Source: Macrostomum lignano (lineage: Eukaryota). From it: DNA of 64,000 nucleotides. The DNA lies in the NCBI GenBank assembly GCA_002269645.1, contig NIVC01000816.1:13673-77672 (forward strand), written 5' to 3'. The notes beneath the pieces were generated by a model. The model worked only from the letters and a program-made list of their open reading frames with translations, had not been told where the DNA came from and searched no databases. Positions 37,998 through 49,756 of this stretch are shown in pieces (positions within the stretch are counted from its first letter, which is position 1; each line of letters opens with the position of its first letter). A program made the position numbers and the translations under genes.

Positions 37998-38294
37998 CTT
38001 TCTGATCCACTCCACTGCGGCCCAAAACAACCTGTTGGAACTTTCTGATCCACTCCACTGCGGCCCAAAACAACCTGTTGGAACTTTCTGATCCACTCCA
38101 CTGCGGCCCAAAACAACCTGCTGGAACTTTCTGATCCACTCCACTGCGGCCCAAAACAACCTGCTGGAACTTTCTGATCCACTCCACTGCGGCCCAAAAC
38201 AACCTGCTGGAACTTTCTGATCCACTCCACTGCGGCCCAAAACAACCTGCTGGAACTTTCTGATCCACTCCACTGCAGCCCAAAACAACCTGTT
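37998..38294. repeat. 43-bp tandem repeat, about 7 units
   Basis: CTTTCTGATCCACTCCACTGCGGCCCAAAACAACCTGYTGGAA starting at 38041, 38084 and onward. Confidence 0.9.
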
Positions 38295-38317
38295 GGGCCA
38301 GGATGCGCAGCAGCTGT

Positions 38318-41300
38318 CACTACGTATCGTGCAGATAGAGCTGGGTTTTGGAGGTGAGGTGGGTGTCAGAGCCAATGCAAATTCAACGCCTATCTAAATA
38401 CATTAGACCGATTCTAATTGGTCCAGAGTCATTATGTGAGACATTTATACTCTCATGTAAAATCTATACATGTAATCAGTGTACACTGTATCGTACAGAA
38501 GCGACGACCAGTACAATATAGTACGCATAATTAGCGCTTCACAGTTGTTGTACGTAGAAACGCGCGCCCCCATCCCCACACAATGCAGCATTGGTGTACG
38601 CAGAATTAACTGTCCATATTAACTGTCCATATACCAAAAATTGACAGAATTAGAGCGCCCACCCCATAACTGTCCATATTATTACCTGTCCATATTTACT
38701 GTCCATCCCAAAATTGGTGTACGCGCAGAATTGTAGCGCCCGCCCACCCCATAACTGTCCATATTATTACTTGTCCATATTTACTGTCCATATACCAAAA
38801 ATTGGCAGAATTGTAGCGTCCGCCCACCCCATAGCTGTTCGATCAAACCCAAACTTCGTGTACGCACAGAATTGTAGCGCCCACCCATCCAGAAAATATT
38901 CTGTCGCCTCCCACAATTAATTGGCGGCCCCACGCGGAGGCATGATGAGTCAGTCAGCCGCTGTAAATCGCCGCTATCCACTCTGTTATATCCACCCCTT
39001 CCATACTTCACTCTCTAGAATTCAGCCCTCGTCGTAGTATACAAAAACGCTATCCTAAGCGTGATATGGCAATATGTAGTTGTAATAATCCATGTGTTCA
39101 TATATGTACATTAATTCCATGTACATTAATCCCCATCTATCTCAAATTGGATATGTACATTAATTCCATATCCCAAATTGTCTATCCCCAATTCTATATG
39201 TACACTTACATTAATCTACAGTGTCATCCCCAGCGCGCGCGCACCAAAATTACATGTACAATACTACATGTACACAGAGGTGAGAATTACTAATCTCATC
39301 TACTACCAAATGAGTCAACATTCAAGTTTTAAAAACCACGTTATATACATATTCCTATTTATATGTCAATTATTCAAAACCTACATGTAGCGGATTACAC
39401 TACTACCTTTAGTAGAGTTACAAATCAAGATTCTATTGAAAAAGACTGTATTCATATAGTTTTCACATTGGAAAAGCGTATATTTTCATTTCAATAATTG
39501 AAAAAGAGAGCAAAAACAGTAAGGAGACAACAGCAAGTTGAGACTTAATTATAGCCTGTACTACCAAACCCTCCTGCACCGCGAATTGAGTGGGTGTGGG
39601 AGGCCTCCTCATCGCCATTCCCTCTAGTATATCCTCACCCCTCGAAGCCCCTATACTGAATGTTGAATCACCCTTTAACTCGGACCATAGTCAAATTCAA
39701 CCCTGTTCGAAAACAGCCACCCCTCCGATGTTCACCAGACACAGCGCAGACCCCATAACAAATCGAGCTAAATTTTAACACTCGCCCCTGTTTTCTCTGT
39801 CCCCCCTTCTAAATGCCAAGGAATTTCGACCCTCTCTCCATTTTCAGTGTACAGACAGACCTTTCCACAGCACAGACCATATATTAAACTTCAAAACCCC
39901 TCTCTTCTTCGATTACGTCATCCATGCCGCCCCAGTTAGCAAGAAACCAACTTTTAATGCACACATCAACCCCGCGAGCAAATCCGAGTCCGCCAACCTC
40001 TACCTGCATTGACAAACCCCAGCTGCATTTGTAAATGTACACAGCCTATGTATGAATCAGTGTCTCCACCGCATGCAATTCTGATTTACTTGATCTAAAC
40101 TTTGTAAATTGTATAAGTCACCCTTGCGTTATACTAGAAGTAGTGAAGTCCACATATTTAAATACGTGAGGCTATTCAATTCTGCCTCTCCGCATCCCCT
40201 ACCTTCTCACTTCAAGCTTTCAGACTTGGTCTTTGAGACGGTCGGTTTAATCTGTTAGAAGCAGGAATGAATCATGCACTGACCTCTCCATACAAAGTAA
40301 AGTTGGAATTTCAGACAAGAAATTTGGTTATTTTAAAAGCTAAATGACTAGAAATGCACATTTTTTTCATTGAAATGCAGCTTTTTACAGTTTTTTTTAC
40401 GATTTTAACCTTAAAATGCAGACTTTGTTGATCAAAATCAGTAGTTTCATCACTAGAAACCATACTTTCAACAGCTAATTTGTCCAAATGTCGCTTTCAA
40501 CTTGACCTTAGACTGCTTTTAAGCAGGAATGAACCCCACACAAACATCCACAAGCCAGCCCAAAATCATCCAAAGACATGGCTATTGAAGCCTAAATTGC
40601 TAGAAATGCGCATTTTTTCATAAGAAAATACAAATTTTCACAGTTTTTATGCATTTTTACGTTAAAATGCAGACTTTATTGATCAAAATCAGTAGTTTCA
40701 TCACTAGAAACCATACTTTCAGCAACTAATTTGTCCAAATATCGCTTTCAACTTGACCTTAGACAGCTTTTAAGCAGGAATAAACCCCCACGAACATACA
40801 CAAGCTAGCCCAAAATCATCCAAAGACGGCTGTTGAAGACTAAATTGCTAGAAATGAGCATTTTTTCATAAGAAAACACAAATTTTCACAGTTTTTACGC
40901 ATTTTTTACGTTAAAATGCAGACTTTATTGATCAAAATCAGTAATTCATCACTAAAAACCACAATTTTAACACAAAATTATCACAAATGCTACTTCTGGA
41001 ACTCTGAGACAGCTTTGAGCAGGAATTATAATCGCACATGGATTACCCGAGCCAGTCCAATATTCCACTGAAGCCAGGGTTTTTTAAAGCTGAATTGTTA
41101 GAATTGCTCATTCTTTCGTTTAATAAATGACAATTTTCACAGTTTTATTATTTTCTAACGTTAAAATGCGAAATGTATTGGTCAAACTTAGTAGTTTCAT
41201 CCCAAAAGCCATAATTTCAACCGCTAATTTGTCCAAATGCTGATTCAAAGTTGGCAAGAGACAGCTTTCGAGCAGGAATGAGTCACACACTGATCTCCAT

Positions 41301-44300
41301 ATGCACACCCCGGCCCAAGTTGGAATTAAATGTGTCAAGTGTACAATTGATTCAATCGATTACTCGTTTATACGCAAAGCATCGAGAGAGTTTTTAATTG
41401 CATCCAAACTTTCTGACTAATGCCTTCGTGTGTTCCAAAGAAGGAGACACTGATTCATAGGGTGTGTACATTGACAAATGCAATTACAGCACGCAGGGTA
41501 GGGTTGGCTTTGGTAGACGCGCGGATTTGCTTGGTTCGCATTGTTCATATATGCGCATCGAATTTTTTTTCTTGCTAACTGCTTCTATGGGGATGTATAG
41601 ATGACGTAATCAGAGATAGGGCTTTGGTTGGGGGAGGCTGGGTCCGTGCTGTGAAAAGATCTGCTTGCTTCGTCAAAATGTACATTGGGATTGAGAGAGA
41701 GGCCGGTCGAATTTCGTTGACAACTAGAAATGGAAAGGTTTGGTCAGAGAATAGGGGTGTATGTGTGTTTTGGCTTTATTCAAAATGGTCTGTGCTGCGA
41801 AGACGAGTCCATTGACCATTGGGTGTTTGCTGTTTTGCCAATTCAGTATACTGAACCTGTTAAACTGATTGCCTCATGAGTCACTTTTCTGGGGTATGTG
41901 TAGGAGAGAGAGGCCTGAGAGAGACAAGGGCTCGATTTGGGTGGGTCCTCTGGCCCCATTCGTATTGGCTAATTTGGCGAATTGGCAAATCTACTTGCAT
42001 GGGTTAAATTATTGAATATGGTCAGAGTTGAAGAATTTAGAGGATGAATCAAGATGTAAAGTTGGCAAAAACAACACTGATTCACCACATCTAAAAGATG
42101 ACTGCTAGGAGCTTCGGAAATAAGACTACTGTACACAGCAGCATCAACAAAAGGTATTAAATTGTCAATCAAAATCGACCCGTAGATGTGCGATTTTGCA
42201 TGGTTCACAGTGTTCATATGTGCATCGAAAAATTTTGTTTCTTGCTAACTGCTCCTATGGGGGAGGTGGATGACGTAATCAAGATAGGGTTTTGGTTGGA
42301 GGAGGCTCAATATATGAGTCTGTGCTGTGAAAATATCTGTTTGTACACTGAAATTGGAGAGGGAGGGTCGGAATTCCTTGACAGTTAGAAATGGTAAGGT
42401 CAGAGAGACAGGGACGAGTGGTTCTGTTCTACATGGGTCTGTGCTGTGAAGACGAGTCTAATGAACATTGTGTGTTGGCTGTTTTGCCAATTCAGTAATA
42501 AAACCTGTCCAGCTGATTGCCGCATGAGTCACTTTTCTCGGTGGGTGCAGAAGGAGAGAGAGAGGTCTGGGAGGGACAGTTTAAATGTCAATCGAAATCA
42601 ACGGACCGCTTCGCAGACTGTATATGTTAAAATTATTATAGCTAGGTTTATAGCAAACTGTACGTTTTAACCCAATATTCAAGAATAATCCCTTCCCTGA
42701 CTTCTTGAGGGGTATTACACGTACCAAATACATACATTTGAATGATGAAACAGCATTAAGTTGTAAAAATTATGGTTTCTGCTGATGAAGTGATTAATTT
42801 TGTTCAATAAAGTCAGCATTTTAACGTTAAAAAAGAGTAAAAACTGTGAAAATTGACCTTTTTAAAACGAAAATGTGCAATTTCTAGTAATTTAGCTTTC
42901 AATGAAAATGTCTTGGGTGGAATTCCAACTTGGGCCGGGGTGTGCATATGGAGATCAGTGTGTGACTCATTCCTGCTCGAAAGCTGTCTCTTGCCAACTT
43001 TGAATCAGCATTTGGACAAATTAGCGGTTGAAATTATGGCTTTTGGGATGAAACTACTAAGTTTGACCAATACATTTCGCATTTTAACGTTAGAAAATAA
43101 TAAAACTGTGAAAATTGTCATTTATTAAACGAAAGAATGAGCAATTCTAACAATTCAGCTTTAAAAAACCCTGGCTTCAGTGGAATATTGGACTGGCTCG
43201 GGTAATCCATGTGCGATTATAATTCCTGCTCAAAGCTGTCTCAGAGTTCCAGAAGTAGCATTTGTGATAATTTTGTGTTAAAATTGTGGTTTTTAGTGAT
43301 GAATTACTGATTTTGATCAATAAAGTCTGCATTTTAACGTAAAAAATGCGTAAAAACTGTGAAAATTTGTGTTTTCTTATGAAAAAATGCTCATTTCTAG
43401 CAATTTAGTCTTCAACAGCCGTCTTTGGATGATTTTGGGCTAGCTTGTGTATGTTCGTGGGGGGTTTATTCCTGCTTAAAAGCTGTCTAAGGTCAAGTTG
43501 AAAGCGATATTTGGACAAATTAGTTGCTGAAAGTATGGTTTCTAGTGATGAAACTACTGATTTTGATCAATAAAGTCTGCATTTTAACGTAAAAATGCAT
43601 AAAAACTGTGAAAATTTGTATTTTCTTATGAAAAAAATGCGCATTTCTAGCAATTTAGGCTTCAATAGCCATGTCTTTGGATGATTTTGGGCTGGCTTGT
43701 GGATGTTTGTGTGGGGTTCATTCCTGCTTAAAAGCAGTCTAAGGTCAAGTTGAAAGCGACATTTGGACAAATTAGCTGTTGAAAGTATGGTTTCTAGTGA
43801 TGAAACTACTGATTTTGATCAACAAAGTCTGCATTTTAAGGTTAAAATCGTAAAAAAAACTGTAAAAAGCTGCATTTCAATGAAAAAAATGTGCATTTCT
43901 AGTCATTTAGCTTTTAAAATAACCAAATTTCTTGTCTGAAATTCCAACTTTACTTTGTATGGAGAGGTCAGTGCATGATTCATTCCTGCTTCTAACAGAT
44001 TAAACCGACCGTCTCAAAGACCAAGTCTGAAAGCTTGAAGTGAGAAGGTAGGGGATGCGGAGAGGCAGAATTGAATAGCCTCACGTATTTAAATATGTGG
44101 ACTTCACTACTTCTAGTATAACGCAAGGGTGACTTATACAATTTACAAAGTTTAGATCAAGTAAATCAGAATTGCATGCGGTGGAGACACTGATTCATAC
44201 ATAGGCTGTGTACATTTACAAATGCAGCTGGGGTTTGTCAATGCAGGTAGAGGTTGGCGGACTCGGATTTGCTCGCGGGGGTTGATGTGTGCATTAAAAG

Positions 44301-45933
44301 TTGGTTTCTTGCTAACTGGGGCGGCATGGATGACGTAATCGAAGAAGAGAGGGGTTTTGAAGTTTAATATATGGTCTGTGCTGTGGAAAGGTCTGTCTGT
44401 ACACTGAAAATGGAGAGAGGGTCGAAATTCCTTGGCATTTAGAAGGGGGGACAGAGAAAACAGGGGCGAGTGTTAAAATTTAGCTCGATTTGTTATGGGG
44501 TCTGCGCTGTGTCTGGTGAACATCGGAGGGGTGGCTGTTTTCGAACAGGGTTGAATTTGACTATGGTCCGAGTTAAAGGGTGATTCAACATTCAGTATAG
44601 GGGCTTCGAGGGGTGAGGATATACTAGAGGGAATGGCGATGAGGAGGCCTCCCACACCCACTCAATTCGCGGTGCAGGAGGGTTTGGTAGTACAGGCTAT
44701 AATTAAGTCTCAACTTGCTGTTGTCTCCTTACTGTTTTTGCTCTCTTTTTCAATTATTGAAATGAAAATATACGCTTTTCCAATGTGAAAACTATATGAA
44801 TACAGTCTTTTTCAATAGAATCTTGATTTGTAACTCTACTAAAGGTAGTAGTGTAATCCGCTACATGTAGGTTTTGAATAATTGACATATAAATAGGAAT
44901 ATGTATATAACGTGGTTTTTAAAACTTGAATGTTGACTCATTTGGTAGTAGATGAGATTAGTAATTCTCACCTCTGTGTACATGTAGTATTGTACATGTA
45001 ATTTTGGTGCGCGCGCGCTGGGGATGACACTGTAGATTAATGTAAGTGTACATATAGAATTGGGGATAGACAATTTGGGATATGGAATTAATGTACATAT
45101 CCAATTTGAGATAGATGGGGATTAATGTACATGGAATTAATGTACATATATGAACACATGGATTATTACAACTACATATTGCCATATCACGCTTAGGATA
45201 GCGTTTTTGTATACTACGACGAGGGCTGAATTCTAGAGAGTGAAGTATGGAAGGGGTGGATATAACAGGGTGGATAGCGGCGATTTACAGCGGCTGACTG
45301 ACTCATCATGCCTCCGCGTGGGGCCGCCAATTAATTGTGGGAGGCGACAGAATATTTTCTGGATGGGTGGGCGCTACAATTCTGTGCGTACACGAAGTTT
45401 GGGTTTGATCGAACAGCTATGGGGTGGGCGGACGCTACAATTCTGCCAATTTTTGGTATATGGACAGTAAATATGGACAAGTAATAATATGGACAGTTAT
45501 GGGGTGGGCGGGCGCTACAATTCTGCGCGTACACCAATTTTGGGATGGACAGTAAATATGGACAGGTAATAATATGGACAGTTATGGGGTGGGCGCTCTA
45601 ATTCTGTCAATTTTTGGTATATGGACAGTTAATATGGACAGTTAATTCTGCGTACACCAATGCTGCATTGTGTGGGGATGGGGGCGCGCGTTTCTACGTA
45701 CAACAACTGTGAAGCGCTAATTATGCGTACTATATTGTACTGGTCGTCGCTTCTGTACGATACAGTGTACACTGATTACATGTATAGATTTTACATGAGA
45801 GTATAAATGTCTCACATAATGACTCTGGACCAATTAGAATCGGTCTAATGTATTTAGATAGGCGTTGAATTTGCATTGGCTCTGACACCCACCTCACCTC
45901 CAAAACCCAGCTCTATCTGCACGATACGTAGTG
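38318..45933. mobile_element. 7.6-kb non-autonomous foldback DNA transposon, Chapaev/CMC-like, with about 3-kb inverted arms
   Basis: Arms 38318-41327 and 42921-45933 are near-identical reverse complements (ORF pairs sum to 84251). Termini CACTACG...CGTAGTG. 4-bp TSD CTGT (38314-38317 and 45934-45937). The 1.6-kb spacer has no transposase ORF. Confidence 0.85.
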
Positions 45934-46468
45934 CTGTCGCTCTCGGAACGCATCATCGTAGAACTGTCTCGGGATATCTTGGACCTCAGATACAGGATCT
46001 TTTGTGGCACTTGGTTTTGCTCGGCACGGCTCACTGACTGGTTGCTCCAGAGACACTCTGTTGACAGGCACAGTGCGAGCACAACGCGGTGTTCCCGCTG
46101 CGGCTCTGAAGCAGCAGGTGTTGCACCCACCATCCAACGCCTTTTCTAGGCGTGGGGAGCTGCTTGCTGTGAAGATTGTGGATCGGCGAGCCTCTGGCCT
46201 AAAGACCGTGTACATGCTAGACAGTGCTGGCACAGTGTGCAAGTTACAAGGGTTCAGCCAGGCGGTCAGGAGCAGCAACTGTTGAAGTCTCAGACAGCTC
46301 TAGACTACAACCAAAGCATGGGAGGAGTGGACAGGATTGAGTTGTGAGCCCTACAAGACAAGTAGAAGAACGCAGAAGTAGTTTTTCAAGCTGGCCTCCT
46401 ATCTCTTGCTGCAACTTGTTCGCAACTCCTTTATGGCCTATAAGCACATTGGCGGCAGCAGCAGCAGT

Positions 46469-48359
46469 TTCTGTCTGCGGCAGGCCTGGGGCAGGCCTTT
46501 GCTTCGCCAGGGCCTGCCCCAGGGCTCGGTGCTTGCGCCCTTTCTCTTCCTGCTGTTCATCGATGGCGTGGTCCGGGTGTGCCCGCCCGGAGTCGCTCCG
46601 TCCCTGTACGCCGACGACCTCGCCATCCGCGTCCAGCTCTGTGGCCGCGGCTACCAACTCCCTTCAGGAGGGCCTCGACGCGGTGGCCAGCTGGAGTCGT
46701 CAGATGAAGCTGACCCTGAACCCCTCGAAGAGCGTCGTCACGCTGTTCACGAACTACACCAGCGAAGCCGGCCTTCAGCCCCAGATCCTGCTCGAGGGCT
46801 CGCCTCTCGCCGTGGACCCCAACCCGCGCTTTCTCGGCGTCATCCTCGACAGGACGCTGACCTTCGGCCCCCACGTCCGCGACGTCACCTCCAAAGCCCG
46901 CGCCCGCTGCAACGTTTTGGCCGCCCTGGCTAACCAGGACTGGGGCTGGCGCAAGGAGAAGCTTCGGACCGTCTTCAACGCGCTCATTAAATCTGTGCTG
47001 GACTACGCCGCACCGGCCTGGCAGCCGTGGATCAGCGAATCGCGCCGCGACGAGCTCGAACGGACCCAGAACCGTGCTCTCCGCCGCATCACTGGCCGAC
47101 TGCAGACATCGCCCGTCGAGGCCCTCCGGCTAGAGGCCGGAGTCATCAGCTACAAAATGCACTCTAAGTGCCTCATCGCGCGGTCGTGGGAGAAAGCGCT
47201 CCGGCTGCCCGCTGACCACCCGCGGCATCGTGCCGCCCGCCGCGGGGACCGCCACCCACCGCCTCGTGCGGCCCAGCTGGCGGCTTGCGGCCTCTCAGCT
47301 CAGCGAAGTCCTGCCGCCCAGCCTGAGCAACCGCCAGCCGTTCTTTCCGCCGAGCGCTCCTACTTCCGTCCAGCCTACTTACCGCCTCCGCAGATTCTGC
47401 CGCACCCTCCCGTTGTCCGTCACGCCGACCGAACCTGACCTCTGCCGCAACGCCGCCATCGACTGCATCCGGGAGCTGACGGCGTCGCTCTCCGCACCGA
47501 TCTGGGTGGTGTACACCGACGGCTCCGCCACCGGGGGGATGCTTTCCGGAGGCCACGCTTTTGTGGTTACGGAGGGCGACCCGTCTGCCCCGATCGTCGT
47601 CCATGCCGAGGCCCGCCGCGGCTCGCCCATTACGTCCAGCTTCGACGAGGAGGTCGCCGGTACCAGCGCCAACACCTCCCCCCCGTCCCTGGTCATCTGC
47701 TCGGACAGCCGCAGCATGATCGATGCGCTCGCCGCCAACAACTGCGGCGTCGGCCTGGCCCTGCAGGCGCTGGCCCTGACGGACGCGGACGTCATCATCC
47801 AATGGGTGCCCAGCCACTGCGGCGTCCCTGGCAATGAGCACGCCGACCGCCTTGCCAAGGAGGGCTGCGCCTTGCCTTCTTCTGCTGCCCCCGTGTCCTT
47901 CAACGCCGCCGCCGCCGTCTGCCGTAGAGTCCTCAGTGACCCGCCGGCGGCCCATGTGCGCATACGGGAGGCTTACCGCCTCGTCTCTCCAGCCCGCGAT
48001 CGCGAGTCTATCTCCTCGCGTGCTGATCAAAGACTGCTCGCCCAGCTCCGCACCGGCCATTCCACGGCGCTCAGGGCATATCATACGCCCTGAGCGCCTC
48101 TACGCGCTTGCCAGCTACTGCCACACATGCTGTCCTGAACCCGGCCGTGCCCGCCACTTGCGCCCGGTGCGCCGAAGCGGACGACACCATCGACCACTGG
48201 CTCTGCGACTGCCCGGCCCTTTACACCAGGCGGACGCAGTTTTTTGGTACTCCTCGGCCCCCGCTGTCGGTCCTGGGTTCGGATCCGGCCGGCGTGGTCG
48301 CACTGGCTCGCGCGACCTTGTGCCACGCGAGGTGCTAGCCTGCAGCAAAGCAAAGCAAA
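46469..48359 (+). mobile_element. 5'-truncated I-group (Ingi/I-like) LINE: RT C-terminal half, RNase H, CCHC; frameshifted
   Basis: GLPQGSVLAPFLF, SLYADDLAI, FLGVILDRTLTF, VYTDGSA, ICSDSRS, QWVPSHCGVPGNEHADRLAK, CARC...DTIDHWLCDC. (GCAAA)n tail. Candidate TSD GCAGCAGCAGT (46458-46468 and 48360-48370). Confidence 0.85.
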
Positions 48360-48659
48360 GCAGCAGCAGTAGCAGCACCTCGAGCAAAATGTTGCTGCTG
48401 CGCTGCATCTGCCAACGCGCTTGCCAGCTACTGCCACACAGCGACACCCAACAAAGCACTGTCGAATTTGCAATGCTGGCCTGCAGAAGCGAACTGTCTT
48501 TCTCTGTGCCGCTTGCAACGGGCAGCCAAGCTTGTGCCCTGAGCCGTGCTTCAGAGCATGACACGAGGCCCAAAACTAACAGCACATGCTGATGGAGTAT
48601 GCTGGAACAAGCTGCTTGACACTTTTTTTACCTGGTTAGCTTCCTTTGTCGCAATTATT

Positions 48660-49200
48660 TTCATGTTGTTTTCTATACTGTCATGTTGTTTTCTATACCG
48701 TCATGCTGTTTTCTATACTGTCATGCTGTTTTCTATACTGTCATGCTGTTTTCTATGCTGTCATGCAGTTTTCTATGCTGTCATGCTGTTTTCTATGCTG
48801 TCATGCTGTTTTCTATACTGTCATGCTGTTTTCTATACTGTCATGCTGTTTTCTATGCTGTCATGCAGTTTTCTATGCTGTCATGCAGTTTTCTATACCG
48901 TCATGCTGTTTTCTATACTGTCATGCTGTTTTCTATGCTGTCATGCAGTTTTCTATGCTGTCATGCTGTTTTCTATGCTGTCATGCTGTTTTCTATGCTG
49001 TCATGCTGTTTTCTATACTGTCATGCTGTTTTCTATGCTGTCATGCTGTTTTCTATACTGTCATGCTGTTTTCTATACTGTCATGCTGTTTTCTGTACTG
49101 TCATGCTGTTTTCTATACTGTCATGCTGTTTTCTATACTGTCATGCTGTTTTCTATACTGTCATGCTGGTTTTGTGCTGTCATGCTGTTTTGTCTCTACT
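48660..49200. repeat. 20-bp minisatellite (TCATGCTGTTTTCTATRCTG), about 27 units
   Basis: Clear 20-bp periodicity. Confidence 0.95.
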
Positions 49201-49756
49201 TGTGACGATGCTGTTTTTATACGATTGCGTTGCTGTTTTCTGTGATATGTTTCTAATAGTATACTACTCGTTTTGTTATATCTCAGGTTGTTAAAGCAAA
49301 AAGTCACGTGATTCTAAAATCTAGTCAGTTCAATTCCCAAAATTTTTCATCGAAGTTTAATTTCCAGTTAAGGGTAAAGCACAACTTCTACTGAATGCAA
49401 GTTTGAATGCAAGTTTTTTTTCAAAGCCGGAAAATGTTCGAGCGATGCATCGAAGTAAAATCAGATGTTTATTTCGTTACTAGTTGGTGAATAAATGAAA
49501 ATATGCTTTCTCCATTGTAGTAAAGTCGATCTTCTAATACGACTATGCTGGAGTGACTCACCGCAGATTATTTTGTTCAAATCATTGATAGTTAAAAGGA
49601 ATTCGGATAATGCGCTCGTAGTTAAAGCGCCGATATCAGAAAATGGAGTCACGTCGATATTTAATCTGAAACCTTGAGCGTCATAATGCTGGTCCTGAAG
49701 TCAGGCTAATCAGCTACACCTATGAGACTTTGCGTCAGTCCTCTCCTCCACAGTCT

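Larger units (their letters stand above)
38295..48565 (+). mobile_element. piggyBac-family transposase relic, split into 38295-38317, 45938-46468 and 48371-48565 by two later insertions
   Basis: With the insertions removed, and across frameshifts: GQDAQQLSLSERIIVELSRDILDLRYRIFCGTWF...DTLLTGTVRAQRGVP...DYNQSMGGVD...FKLASYLLLQLVRNSFMAYK...HLPTRLP...KHCRICNAGLQKRTVFLCAACNGQPSLCPEPCF (Cys-rich C-terminal domain). Confidence 0.75.

Noticed and set aside
38318-45933. Pure assembly fold-back artefact
   Set aside because: Distinct unique flanks, a 4-bp TSD, small arm differences and host piggyBac sequence continuing across the site argue for a real insertion; read-level confirmation is still advisable.
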